A DNA stretch of 63,376 nucleotides, counting the filler, from Octopus bimaculoides (Eukaryota): assembly GCF_001194135.2 (NCBI RefSeq). It is 6 parts of 6 records of this genome, joined end to end, with 100 filler letters (N's around TTAATTAATTAA, not from the genome) between each part and the next. Parts side by side here need not be neighbours in the genome. Positions count along the whole stretch, not along the records: positions 35,496 to 46,222 come from NC_069003.1; positions 46,323 to 57,000 come from NC_069000.1; 4 more parts are not named here. One strand, 5' to 3'. The notes under the pieces were generated by a model. The model was not told the origin of the DNA. It saw only the letters and a list, made by a program, of their open reading frames with translations, and did not search any database. Position 1 is the first letter of the stretch, and the number at the start of each line of letters is the position of its first letter. A program made the position numbers and the translations under genes. Shown one piece after another: positions 38,914-52,255 of this stretch.

Positions 38914-39111
38914 AGGTGTGCGTGCGTGTGTTTATCTAAAACAAATTTATTGGAGCGATCAGAAAGCATTTATTTTTCCAGGTCATTTTGCGTCTGCCTG
39001 TTAATAAAGAGATAGTTTTTAGTCCAGAAAGCTCGCGATTTAGTTCAAAGAACTCGACATTTTGGTTGAGTAACTTCCACTCTAGATAACTGATTACTTA
39101 TTATTATTATT

Positions 39112-39146
<35 letters not shown>

Positions 39147-40899
39147 ATTAACGTACTTTAGTGTGTATTGTTCAAACTCAAGACATGGTGAATGCGCATG
39201 AAATGCTGTATTATGTTAAGAAAAAGAAAAAAAGTAAAATTGTAAAATTTGAATTAGTTCTTTAAAATTGTTTTTATGTCGATTTTGTTTTCATTGTTTT
39301 TATGTTTGTGTGTCAAGAAGACGTCTGGAGTGGGACGGGGTCGGATTATCGTGAATTCGATAAGAGTTAACGGTGGATTCTTTTGTATTAAATAATTGTC
39401 ATAAAACATTAAAAATAAACCCGGGTTTTTTTTACAACCACTGGAGGGGCACAGATTTTTCTGGAAAATTATATTGGGGCCTGGGGGGAAATAGGTTGGG
39501 GGGAACACTGCTCCAAACCGAGCTGTATGTATTGGGGCGTAATGTTTTACTTTTTTATCTTTTGCCAAAGTGCATAACTGTGTTTTTGTTTATATTCATG
39601 TTTCCAGATATGAACATGCGCATCGAGCTGTGTCCCTACGTATGTAGAACGTAAAACAGCTATTGTATATAAAAGTACCAGCAGTCGCTATGAAGGACGA
39701 AAACCTTTCGAAGGCCACCCAACATTGCTGTAGTTTTAATGGTTGTAACCAGCAAAAGGATGAATTTTCCACAGGAAATTTGATAACAAAGGCTCATTTA
39801 TGACGAGATCTTTGATTAGTTGTAGAGTATTAAGTCCAATGTGACATGCAATGAGTTCGGTCTCATTGCGTGGCACCTTGAACAAATGTCTTTCACTCTA
39901 GCTCCAGGCTGACCAAAGTCATGAGTGGATTTCGTTGATGAAAACTGGAGGAAGCCCATTGTGTGCGTGTCTGTGTGTGTACACAGACAGACAGTGTATG
40001 TATGCATGTATGTATGAATACTCGAATGCGTGTGTGTGTGTGTGTCACCTTGTCTTGACATAGTGTAACAAATGCAAATAATTGTCACTCTCGTAGAAGC
40101 TGTGCCTTTCATTTCCAATAAACTGGGAGACCATGTCTGACCACAAGGGGAAATATTACCTCGCTTGGAAACAGTCGAGGGTTGGCGACAGGAGGAGCAC
40201 CACGACGTAGAAAATCTGCTTCAATAAGCTCAGACCAATGCAAGCATGGCTAAGTGGACAATGGTGGTGGTGATGATGATAATGAGGAGGAGGAGGAGGA
40301 GGAGGAGGAGGAGGAAGGGGAAGAGGAGGGGGAAAAGGAGGAGGAAAAGGAGGAGCAGGAGGAGGAGGACACAAGGAAACGAATGACAGTGTCGTAAGAG
40401 CGTTGGACAGTTTTTTCATTGTATTTGTTNNNNNNNNNNNNNNNNNNNNNNNNNNNNNNNNNNNNNNNNNNNNNNNNNNNNNNNNNNNNNNNNNNNNNNN
40501 NNNNNNNNNNNNNNNNNNNNNNNNNNNNNNNNNNNNNNNNNNNNNNNNNNNNNNNNNNNNNNNNNNNNNNNNNNNNNNNNNNNNNNNNNNNNNNNNNNNN
40601 NNNNNNNNNNNNNNNNNNNNNNNNNNNNNNNNNNNNNNNNNNNNNNNNNNNNNNNNNNNNNNNACCTTGTCATAAGAAACCGACCCCACCCAGCGATTTG
40701 GAGAATCAATGGAGATATATAAAGTACTTTTGGTTCAATCTACTGCCAACGCAAACATGTGTGAGTGTGTGTGTGCGTGTGTGTGCTTGGCGCAGGCGTA
40801 GCTGTGTGGTAAGAAGATTGCTTCCTAACCATATGATTCCGGGTTCACTCCTTGTGAGTGGGTTTGGTAGATGGAAACTGAAAGAAGCCCATCATATAC

Positions 40900-40949
<50 letters not shown>

Positions 40950-42424
40950 GTGTGTGTTTAGCCTCAATTTAGTAAGTTTCAAAACAAGGCAAGAATCCAT
41001 ATCCTTGATAAAAAGAATCAAGATTCTAGAAAATTGGTGAAACGAAGGAAAAGAAAGGAAAATCTTTAGAACAATAAAAGAGAAACACACCCACACACAC
41101 GCCCACATATATGTATGTTATGTGTGTGTGTATATGTATATATATATATATACACACATGCATCAATACAAACACATACAGGCATATATACAGACATATA
41201 TACATAAATACAAACATATATACATACATACCTACACAAACATATATACCAACATACATATACATAACTAGACAAACATACATACATATACATACAATAC
41301 ACAAACATACACACATAATAATATATACATACATATATATATACAATTATACATACATCCACACATACATATATACAAACATACTTACATTCATCCATCC
41401 ATACATACATATATGAATACAAACATACATACATAAATATACATACATAGTCATATATACATACATAATACAAAAATACATCTACACATACACCCATCCA
41501 TCGATACATATACACAAACATACATACATAAACATACATAGATCCTTTCTCAATTCATTATTCTCAATAACGGTAGTCATCTTTGTTGGACGTAAATTTC
41601 TTGTTCCAACATATTCAATGTTATTTGGGTCAGAGGGGCCACTCAGTACTTAACAGTTCCCATTTATCTTTTAAGGGATCCTCCTTAATTTACTATTTGC
41701 TATTCCCACCCAGCCCCACTTAACATTTCACAGACCCTCAATTCAAACTATAGTAAACATATGTTACAAAAACAGCTGTATGACTTACTACACCGTATAA
41801 AGAGGGTAGCGGTGAGAGATACTTGCATGTAAGTGGAGGGAGGCGTATTATTGGCCAGGGACTGGAAATTTCACGAAAAAGAGCCAAGCATGTGCGAAAC
41901 ATTAAAACTATTTAAAGGGTGGAGGGTTTCTGTTGGATGGGTGGAGGAGTAATTAAGGAATCTTGTTGTTAATTTTGTGTGAATGTGTGTTTGTTAATTA
42001 CTTTTCTGGTTGTTTTCAGAGCGCTGTGGTTCTTGCTACACCGGGTAGATGGAGTAGGCGTGAAATTCACTGAGGTTACGTAGCCTGAAGGAAGTATAGC
42101 TATGGCATGTTAGCGCTAAGCGATTCATCATCAATCATTATAAAATATGCTCCAACAAAACAGTGAGAGCACATATGATAGGTGGTGGTNNNNNNNNNNN
42201 NNNNNNNNNNNNNNNNNNNNNNNNNNNNNNNNNNNNNNNNNNNNNNNNNNNNNNNNNNNNNNNNNNNNNNNNNNNNNNNNNNNNNNNNNNNNNNNNNNNN
42301 NNNNNNNNNNNNNNNNNNNNNNNNNNNNNNNNNNNNNNNNNNNNNNNNNNNNNNNNNNNNNNNNNNNNNNNNNNNNNNNNNNNNNNNNNNNNNNNNNNNN
42401 NNNNNNNNNNNNNNNNNNNNNNNN

Positions 42425-42491
<67 letters not shown>

Positions 42492-42679
42492 CAATGCATA
42501 AGTGCAAGTACACGAGTCAGCGGTGTATTATACGGGCTTGAAACCTCTCCCTGTTATATATTTTACAAACATAACTGACACGTCCGTCGGTCTGGACATC
42601 ATGCTGGAAATATATATATATTTAGTACAACGAAGTAACCACACGGCCAAATCTCCACACCCCGTGTCTTGTATTATTA

Positions 42680-42840
42680 AGCAAATAACTTTATTTCACG
42701 TTGCTCCTGTCCACTCAGCTAGAAGTGAGTAAGTTTGTGAAGGACTGGCGTTCCATCCAGGGTGAACATTGCAGTTTCGGTCACGTGTGCGCCACGAAAA
42801 CCGGGTGACCACCCCTACGAATCCTAGGACCCGAAGAATA
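42680..42840 (+). mobile_element. SINE fragment with a V-domain-like motif
   Basis: GGACTGGCGTTCCATCCAGGGTG resembles the V-SINE GACTGGCGTCCCGTCCAGGG motif (from recall). Confidence 0.45.
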
Positions 42841-42879
42841 TTTCATTGTTTGTAACATTGTTTGTAACTGCTTTTAGGC

Positions 42880-43165
42880 AATCAGGCAAGTGCTTCTGGA
42901 CGGTCAATGAAGTGTTTCTGGAAGATCATTCAAGTAGTACTGGTCGATCAGTCAACTTCTTCAAGACGATCAATCAAGTGCTTCTAGGCAATCAGACAAG
43001 TACTTCTGAATGATCAGTTATGTACTTGTGAATGATCAACCAAGCGCTTCTACGCCATCAGTCAACTACTTCTAGACGATCAATCACCTCCATATTGACT
43101 ATCAATCAACTATTTCTAAGCAAACACTCGACTGCCTCTGACTATCAATCAACAGCCGATCAAAT
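42880..43165. repeat. Degenerate 22-bp minisatellite, ~13 units (consensus approx. GATCAATCAAGTACTTCTAGAC)
   Basis: Consecutive 22-nt units such as GATCATTCAAGTAGTACTGGTC, GATCAGTCAACTTCTTCAAGAC and GATCAATCAAGTGCTTCTAGGC. Confidence 0.85.
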
Positions 43166-44347
43166 ATTCCTAGTGAGGGAATCCTCACCTTTATATCTTA
43201 CAACACAACCTAAATAAATGTCCCACGTACCCCTGTACCCCAGTACCTCAGAACCCCTCTATCTTGCCCCCACCAACCACCTTCCTATCCTCCACCAAAA
43301 AATGCCACGACCCGTACTTTTCTATCCCTGCCATAAACAAAACAATAAACGAAAAAGCGAATGAAAAAAAAAGTTTGAAGGAAAATAGTTTCTTGATGGT
43401 TTTATGTCTGGGATTAACTGACTTTTATTACACTCAAATAATCTTTATTATAATACGTCTGTTGTGTCATGGTGAATTTAAAGTATAATAAAACAAAAAA
43501 AAAAGAAGAAAGAAAGAAAAAGGGAGAGTGTCACTGACACTGTAGCTGTTTTCGATCTATTGCGGAGATCTGGTTCATTCCTAACTCTTCTTCTTCCTCA
43601 CAAAAGATAAACGGACAGTTCTCAGTCCTTTCCACCAGAGAAACGTAGCGATATGGGATTAAGAAGTTCGCTTTGCTTCGCAACCGCGTGGTTTCCCGTT
43701 TAGTCCCCATCGTGTTGCACATTGGTCAGATGTCTTCAATGCCTTACGAGTGAATTTGGTAGATGGACACTGTACAGAAACACGTGCTATCATCATCATC
43801 GTCGTCGTTTAACGTCCGCCTTCCATGCTGGCATGAGTTAGACGGTTTGACAGGAGCCGGCCAAGGCTCAAAAGAGTCTATGTCCACCCGCGACTACACG
43901 GGCTCCAAAGGCTAAGTAGCCAGCAGCAGACTTCTATGTCTGTTTTGGAAGAGTTTTTATATGTGTGTGTGTGTGCGCACGCGCGCGAGCGTTTGCCTCA
44001 CATACACATATATACACACACATATATACACACACATATATACACAAACACATATATACACACACACTGCATACATGGTAATCGGTGTTGATTTGTTTAC
44101 GACCCGTAACTTAACGGTTCGGCAAACAACACCGATAGAGTAAAAATCAGACTTTAAAAACAAAAAATAACAAGCACTAGAGTCAATTTGTTCGAATTAA
44201 AAACCTTCAAGGCGGTGCCCCAGCATGGCCGCAGTCCAATGACCGAAACATGCAGAAGAGATAAAAGGAAACTTCAAAGATCCCCGGGTGTCAATTTCTC
44301 TCACAAACTTCTCGGATTCTCTCACTTCATCGCTAATAATGGTTTCA

Positions 44348-44374
44348 ATTGGTTGCTATGGGAACGTATATAAA
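44348..44374 (+). promoter_or_regulatory. Cluster of CCAAT (reverse), RFX X-box-like and TATA motifs (speculative)
   Basis: ATTGG, GTTGCTATGGGAAC (44352-44365) and TATATAAA (44367-44374) lie back to back, just before a gap. Confidence 0.2.
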
Positions 44375-44589
44375 CAACCCAGCGNNNNNNNNNNNNNNNN
44401 NNNNNNNNNNNNNNNNNNNNNNNNNNNNNNNNNNNNNNNNNNNNNNNNNNNNNNNNNNNNNNNNNNNNNNNNNNNNNNNNNNNNNNNNNNNNNNNNNNNN
44501 NNNNNNNNNNNNNNNNNNNNNNNNNNNNNNNNNNNNNNNNNNNNNNNNNNNNNNNNNNNNNNNNNNNNNNNNNNNNNNNNNNNNNNNNN

Positions 44590-45495
44590 ATGCTGGAGCA
44601 CCGCCTTTAGTCGAGCAAATCGACCCCAGGACTTATTCTTTGTAAGCTTAGTACTTATTCCATCGTCTCTTTTGCCGAACCGCTAAGTTACGGGGACGTA
44701 AACGCACCAGCATCGGTTGTCAAGCGATGTTGGGGAGGGGACAAACACAGACACGCAAACATTCTTTTACATGTTTCAGTCATTTGACTGCGACCATGCT
44801 GGAGCACCACCTTTAAGGGGGTTTTAGTCGAACACATCGACCCTAGGACTTATTCTTTGAAAGCTTAGTGCTTATGCTGTCGGTCTCTTTTGTCGAACCA
44901 CTAAGTTACGGGGATGTAAACACACCAACATCGGCTGTCAAGTGACGGTGGTTGGACAAACACAGACACAAAGGCATACACATATAGATATATACATATA
45001 CGACGGGCTTCTTTCAGTTTCCGTCTATCAAAACCACTCACAGGTCTGATATATACGTATACGAGGGCTTCTTTCAGTTTCCGTCCATCAAATTCACTCA
45101 CAAGGCTTTAGTCGGCCGAAGCCATAGTAGAAGACACTTGCCACTCAGTGGGACTGAACCCGGAACCATGTGGTTAAAAAGCAAGCTTCTTACCACACAG
45201 CCACGCTTGCGGCTTTTGGTCTTTTTTTAAAGTTGAGCTCTTTATTTGCCTCTTTTGATGAACTGCAAAGTTGGGGTGGACGTAAACAAACTAATACCGG
45301 TTGTCAAGCAATGAACACACACACACACAAATATACGACCGACTTCCACGCAGTTTCCATTTACGAAATTCACTCACAAGGCATTGGTTGACCCGGGTCT
45401 ATAGTTGAAGACACTTACCCAAGTGGCCGCGCAGCGGGACTGAACCCAGAACCACATGGTCGCAAATCAAACTGCTCAACCATCTAGTCATGCCT
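44590..45495 (-). mobile_element. Cluster of about 4 head-to-tail CORE-type SINE copies and fragments
   Basis: Repeated GGGCTTCTTTCAGTTTCCGTC, CGAACCGCTAAGTTACGGGGACGTAAAC and GGGACTGAACCC blocks. Confidence 0.8.
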
Positions 45496-45821
45496 GTGCT
45501 TATGTGTGTATTGCGTTGGTATAAATACAGCAATAATGATGTGGTGGCAGAATATTCCAGCCGAGGTGACACTTCACCTGTTGTCAGAGTACTACACTGG
45601 TTCGATTCCCGACTTAACACTCCTTCGAACTTGCTGGCCTTCTGCCAAAATTCGAAACCATTATTATTCTATGTTGTCTATTCTGGGTTACATTGCTTCT
45701 ATTACATCATCCATCAAGCTATTTATTATTTATTTCTAAGCATTTGACTGTTACAAATCGATGAAATATATTAACTACACAATACACGCTGCAGCCCTGA
45801 AATGTTAATTTACTTACTCAA

Positions 45822-46040
45822 AGAGGCGGCGAGCTGGCAGAAACGTTAGTACACCGGGCGAAATGCATAGCGGTATTTCGTCTGTCTTTACGCTCTGAGT
45901 TCAAATTCCGCCGAGGTCGACTTTGCCTTTCATGCTTTCGGGGTCGATTAAATTAAGTACCAGTCACGTACTGGAGTCGATCTAATCAACTGGCCCCCTT
46001 ACCCAAAAATTTCGGACCTTGTGTCTAAAGTAGAAACGAA
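45822..46040 (+). mobile_element. Full-length Meta-like SINE
   Basis: GAGGCGGCGAGCTGGCAGAAACG head, B box and Meta-like block. Further copies lie at 21490-21900 (-), 29700-29840 (+), 57950-58140 (+) and 59490-59690 (-). Confidence 0.88.
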
Positions 46041-46340
46041 TTTACTTACTGAACGGCAACATTTTACATTGTTGATACTCCGAGAGTCACATCTGATAAA
46101 CCACAAGCATAGACCTATGCGATGCAAATTTTTCATGGTGTCGCTTCATTTGCCATTTTGAGATCAGCCAAAAGCATATCAGTTCTATAAATGTTTCCCC
46201 AGCGCAGCATAGCAAGCAAGGTNNNNNNNNNNNNNNNNNNNNNNNNNNNNNNNNNNNNNNNNNNNNTTAATTAATTAANNNNNNNNNNNNNNNNNNNNNN
46301 NNNNNNNNNNNNNNNNNNNNNNACACACACACACACACGT

Positions 46341-46408
<68 letters not shown>

Positions 46409-46750
46409 TGAGATAGATAGATAGTTAGATAGATAGATAGATGAAATTAAAAATCTAATACAATACTTCCATTTGGTAACATCTTTTCCACATACTATTC
46501 TGTGTTAGACTTAAAATGTAAGTAAAACGTCACCTGATGGTGTTCATTCGCACACAAGCTAAATTAATGTATTTTCATATGTTATAAATTTCCCATTGTT
46601 TCTTGGGCGTTATCCATGTACGCACCTGGAGACATGTATATATATATATATATATATATATATTAGTAATATCGAAGGGACATAGAAATATTAGAAATTT
46701 CTACTACTAGTGGCCTAGCGTGTAAAACTTAGTCCAAAGACTATATATAT

Positions 46751-47048
46751 ATTCATATAAGTACAGTGTATGTTTAAACACATAAGTCGTTTCCATCATA
46801 GGATTCCCTCACACTAGAGAGAGCAGCTAAGTTCCAAACCACTGTTAGGGATAACATTTTGAAAGGAACGAAAATAAAATTTAATAAAGAAAATAAAAAC
46901 TAGATAGTAAATGTTTTTATTTTATTTTCGTTCCTTTCGAAATGTTATCCCAAATAGTGGTTTGGAACTTATCTCTTCTTTCTAGCGTGAGGGAATCCTA
47001 TGATGGAAACCTCTTATGTGTTTAAGTGTACTCTGCATTTATATGAAT
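46751..47048. repeat. Long imperfect palindrome / foldback element (~130-bp arms, ~35-bp loop)
   Basis: The left arm ATTCATATAAG...GGATTCCCTCAC...AAGTTCCAAACCACT...GGGATAACATTT..AAAGGAACGAAAATAAAAT is mirrored by the right arm 46919-47048. Confidence 0.85.
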
Positions 47049-48463
47049 TATACATGTATATAGGNNNNNNNNNNNNNNNNNNNNNNNNNNNNNNNNNNNN
47101 NNNNNNNNNNNNNNNNNNNNNNNNNNNNNNNNNNNNNNNNNNNNNNNNNNNNNNNNNNNNNNNNNNNNNNNNNNNNNNNNNNNNNNNNNNNNNNNNNNNN
47201 NNNNNNNNNNNNNNNNNNNNNNNNNNNNNNNNNNNNNNNNNNNNNNNNNNNNNNNNNNNNNNGTGTGTGTGTGTGTGTGTGTGTGTGTGTGGATGCGCAT
47301 AATGTATATCGTATTATGCACATTCTGTTCTGTACACACTGCGTGTTTAAATTCTGGGATGTTTTATAGATTTTTCTAGTAATGTTAATGTCATTGATTT
47401 ATTATTTTCGCTTTTCTTGATTGGCGCCAAAGGAGTTATTTATATTACCAGGTGTTCCAATGATATATCTTTTCTTTCTAATAAGTTTCAGTCAGCTTGA
47501 AGAATTTGAAACGAACGATTCGACTCCAGTACTTAATTTTTAGACCTGGTACTCATTCTATCTTCTGCCGAAGTTACGGGAGTATAAACACTCCAACACC
47601 GGCTATCAAGCAGTGGTAGGGTCCAATCATAGATACAAACACACACACACACACACTCACACACACAGACACGCACTCACACGCATGCACCCACACACGC
47701 ACGCACGTACGCACACACACACACACACACACAGACACACGCACACACACATATATATATATATATGTATATGGTTAATTCAAATAAACGAACAGGAAAA
47801 TCAACAAAACACACAAGAGGATGTGCTCAAGGAATGCATTACTTTGGCACTCAGTAAAAAGAGAGAGGTTTTGACGTTTCGAGCACAGCTCTTCGTTGGA
47901 AAGGAGAAAGAGAAAGTTCCAAAGAAGGAAAAGAAATTGCCAACAGCACGCGTGTAGTTGCATATGTTTCCGTCTACCAAATCCTGTCAGAAGTCTTCGG
48001 TCGGCCCAAGGCTATAGTAGTAGACACTTGCTGAAGGTGTCACGCCTGCGCCTATATATAAGTATAGTGTTATACATAAGAGTATATAAGTATAGTTTTC
48101 ATGAAATGTTGTCGATATAGAGGAATATTGGTATTCTATCTTTAAAGCCAAAACAATGCAAGTTATAAAAAAAAAAGACAAATCGAGGTTTTGTACTTTT
48201 ACCTTGTAGTTCAATATTTTGGGAATCTAACACATGAAAATCTTGAGAAATATGGCTTTGAGAACTTATTTTTCTGTGATTACTTGGGTACATGATGATG
48301 TAATTAACTACTTAACTCCCTTAGCACCAATCTAGAAGAGACATGATTCGTTCAGGAAACAGAGAAGTCAGCTCACAACAAAGTATATCCAAAGATTTCC
48401 TTAAGAAACGTCCTAACTCTGAAATATTGAAATGCAAGGTATAACTCGCATTGCTTTATGTCC

Positions 48464-48537
<74 letters not shown>

Positions 48538-49036
48538 TGTATATTTTCACATACACATATGTAGGAACTAAAAGTACATTTGGTTTTATGTATTCGTCAA
48601 TTCTAATATGATATGGATAGAGCCCCAAGAACTGCATAAACATTCTAAAGCAATTCCATACGCTGTTAGACATAAATAAATCTATGGAACAAACGTCAGT
48701 ATTCGTAATGCTACATTTGGTCTCATCTCATTTACATATTTAAAGAAGATATCAAGAAAAACGGTTTGACTACAATACACGACTGTGACAAAAGGTCAAG
48801 TAAGTGCTTTTTATTTTCTAGAGAAAGCTATTGTTCATATATTCGCCTATTCTTATAATAACTATATTCTCTTATTACCTTTCCTCTCATTTTTGTTCTT
48901 TTCTACGTGGGATTTTTTTTCGGTATTTCCTTTTTTCGTTCTATTCTTTTGTGAATATCTTTTAGATTTGGCAAGTGCATTATATTAATTCTGAAGATAG
49001 TTCTTATTAAATATAACCAAACATTTTATTTTCTAT

Positions 49037-49083
<47 letters not shown>

Positions 49084-49192
49084 AAATATGTGTATGACTA
49101 CATTTATGCATAAACGCGCATATATCTACACGCACACGCATGCACACATACTCATTACATACACACGCACGCACATATACAGACACATTATA

Positions 49193-49233
<41 letters not shown>

Positions 49234-50777
49234 NNNNNNNNNNNNNNNNNNNNNNNNNNNNNNNNNNNNNNNNNNNNNNNNNNNNNNNNNNNNNNNNNNN
49301 NNNNNNNNNNNNNNNNNNNNNNNNNNNNNNNNNNNNNNNNNNNNNNNNNNNNNNNNNNNNNNNNNNNNNNNNNNNNNNNNNNNNNNNNNNNNNNNNNNNN
49401 NNNNNNNNNNNNNNNNNNNNNNNNNNNNNNNNNNNNNNNNNNNNNNNNNNNNNNNNNNNNNNNNNNNNNNNNNNNNNNNNNNNNNNNNNNNNNNNNNNNN
49501 NNNNNNNNNNNNNNNCTATGTGTGTGTATGCCATATACCAAAAGTAACAGGAAAAGTTCGCTGTGGGACAAAACCGTTATAGTCCAGGCTTCCACCTCTA
49601 GAAGCCACCTGATGCGATCCTAAGCCATCATTTTGCCAACCGGCGTCGTCGGGTGTACTGCCATGGCATGCGTCTTTATTTATAAATGTTCTAAAATCTT
49701 CATAGCCTTGGTTTGTTATCTCATTCTGAAAAAACGTTTTTTCTAGATATACACATGCTGATATATGACCTACGTTGGACTCCTGATTCGCATAATCACC
49801 GAACCTGGAGCTTAACTATGGTCTGTCCATCGCACTTACTCAGCATTACCTGACACCATTGTGTCTTATCGTCACCATTACCTCTCATAACCTATAGTAT
49901 TACAATTCTATATATTAATAGATATTTTATTGTGATTATAACAGATATTTCATTCTCTCTTATACTTTAATATGTGTGTGTGTGTGTGCGTGTGTATGTG
50001 TATGCATTATGCATGTATGTATGTATGTTTGTATGATACTTTTCTTGCTGTTCGTATCTTTTTTGTATCTGTGATTTTATTTTTGATAGAAATGAACCTC
50101 GTTTCGCTTTGCCGCTTTTCTTACTACGAAATGAGAAGATACATTGCGGAACTGTTATTCTGACGAGTTGCATATAATTATCATTCGATGACACACATCT
50201 GTACCGTCGGATGCTCCTGAACCAGTTACGTGTCCCACCCGTTAGGGATCGATGCAATTGTCGTGATTAATAAAAATTCTCGTATATTNNNNNNNNNNNN
50301 NNNNNNNNNNNNNNNNNNNNNNNNNNNNNNNNNNNNNNNNNNNNNNNNNNNNNNNNNNNNNNNNNNNNNNNNNNNNNNNNNNNNNNNNNNNNNNNNNNNN
50401 NNNNNNNNNNNNNNNNNNNNNNNNNNNNNNNNNNNNNNNNNNNNNNNNNNNNNNNNNNNNNNNNNNNNNNNNNNNNNNNNNNNNNNNNNNNNNNNNNNNN
50501 NNNNNNNNNNNNNNNNNNNNNNNNNNNNNNNNNNNNNNNNNNNNNNNNNNNNNNNNNNNNNNNNNNNNNNNNNNNNNNNNNNNNNNNNNNNNNNNNNNNN
50601 NNNNNNNNNNNNNNNNNNNNNNNNNNNNNNNNNNNNNNNNNNNNNNNNNNNNNNNNNNNNNNNNNNNNNNNNNNNNNNNNNNNNNNNNNNNNNNNNNNNN
50701 NNNNNNNNNNNNNNNNNNNNNNNNNNNNNNNNNNNNNNNNNNNNNNNNNNNNNNNNNNNNNNNNNNNNNNNNGTATA

Positions 50778-51922
50778 TATTAGGTTGTTATTTCATTCAT
50801 TTGAAATCACAATTATGTATACCTTGCATTTAATCTTGACTCTTTTTCTTTCCCAACAATACTGTTATACAAAATTCGTACCCACAAACCTTTTGAAAAT
50901 GATAACAACCAAACAATGTTGAATCATTTTCTCGTATGAGTAGAAACTGTGTCACTCTGCTGCAGAAGCTCTACGGAATATCAAGCGGGCCTTTGGTAAT
51001 GGTTTTGTTGATATTAGAACTGTTCAGGGATGATTCCAAAGCTCTCCTTCAGGAGATGATAGCTTTGAAAATATACCAAGACGTAGGCCAAAATCCGTTA
51101 CTCGGCATGATGGATTAAATGCTTTGGTTGAACAAAATGCAAGAACAAAGGTTCGAAAACTTTCACCAGAACTCCAAACATCTCACACAGCTGTTTTTGG
51201 ACATTTGTAAAAATGTGGAAATGTCAAGAAAACATAAGGTTTGTTCCCCATCAACTGAACGAGATTCATAAAAACAGACGCCTCGAAGTGTGCTTCTTAT
51301 TACTTTCTCGACTGGAAAAGACCATTTTTCCATCAAATGATTACTTGTGATGAGAAATGAATATTCTTTGATAACAGTGATTAGATGCGCCCTAGAAAGT
51401 TAGTGGTCACTGCATGGTGATCTGCGAAGGGATTTATTCACTATTCATTTTTGCAACAAGGCAAAACGGTAACAGCAACATCGCATTGTCAGGAAATTGA
51501 TTGTATGCATGAGAATTTGCAAAAGAAGCAACCCAGACTAGTGAATAGATATGGCTCCAAATTTGCTCCACGACAATGCACGTCCTTACACTCATCAAGC
51601 TACGGTCTAAAGTTGCAAAGCCTGAATTATGAGATTTGGAAACACCCTCCCTATTCCCCTGATCATCACTTATTTAAGCATTTTGAGCTTTTCATAAGAA
51701 AACATTCTTAAATAGAGGAGAGATAATTGAAGCATTCGGACAGTTTATCACAGCAAAAGATGATTCTTTTTAAAGATGGAATATATGACATAGAGAAACG
51801 TTGGGTAAATGTCATAAATGAACATAGATCATTCCTCGATTAAATAAATCAGTTCTCTAATACTTCTGAAACATTTTATTGTTACCTTTCAAATACGACA
51901 TTTCATGTGAAACAACGTAATA
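50778..51922 (+). mobile_element. Decayed mariner (DD34D-type) DNA transposon with transposase pseudogene
   Basis: Frame-broken translation gives HSAAEALRNIKRAFG, VPHQLNE, MITCDEK*, LLHDNARP and HPPYSPD. The ends TATTAGGTTGTT and AACAACGTAATA form an imperfect TIR with TA termini. Confidence 0.9.
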
Positions 51923-51944
51923 CGCATATATATATATAAGGAGG

Positions 51945-52255
51945 AGCACTTCGGCAGCTACGACGACGCGAGTCACTGCTGATACGATGAACGGAACAGC
52001 TTGATCGTTAAATTATCGTGCAAGTGGCTGAGCACTCCACAGATACGTCTACCCTTAACCTAGTTCTCAGAGAGATTCAGTGTGACACAGAGTGTGACAA
52101 GACTGTCCCATTGAAATACAGGAACTACTCATTTTTACCAGCTGAGTGGACTGGAGCAATGTCAAATAAAGTGTCTTGTTCAATGGCACAACATGTCGCC
52201 TGGAATTGAACTCACGATCGTGAGCCGAATACCATAACCACTAAGACACGCGTAC
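51945..52255 (-). mobile_element. Third tRNA-derived SINE family, full copy
   Basis: On the minus strand: A box TGTCTTAGTGG and B box GAGTTCAATTCC. The body is shared with 279-455 and 55928-56190. Confidence 0.8.

Noticed and set aside
42880-43165. CRISPR-like periodicity
   Set aside because: Contiguous degenerate units without unique spacers or cas genes, in eukaryotic DNA.
50160-50200. Isolated CTGACGA hammerhead-core matches (also ~52504)
   Set aside because: No closing stem II plus GAAA in the correct geometry.
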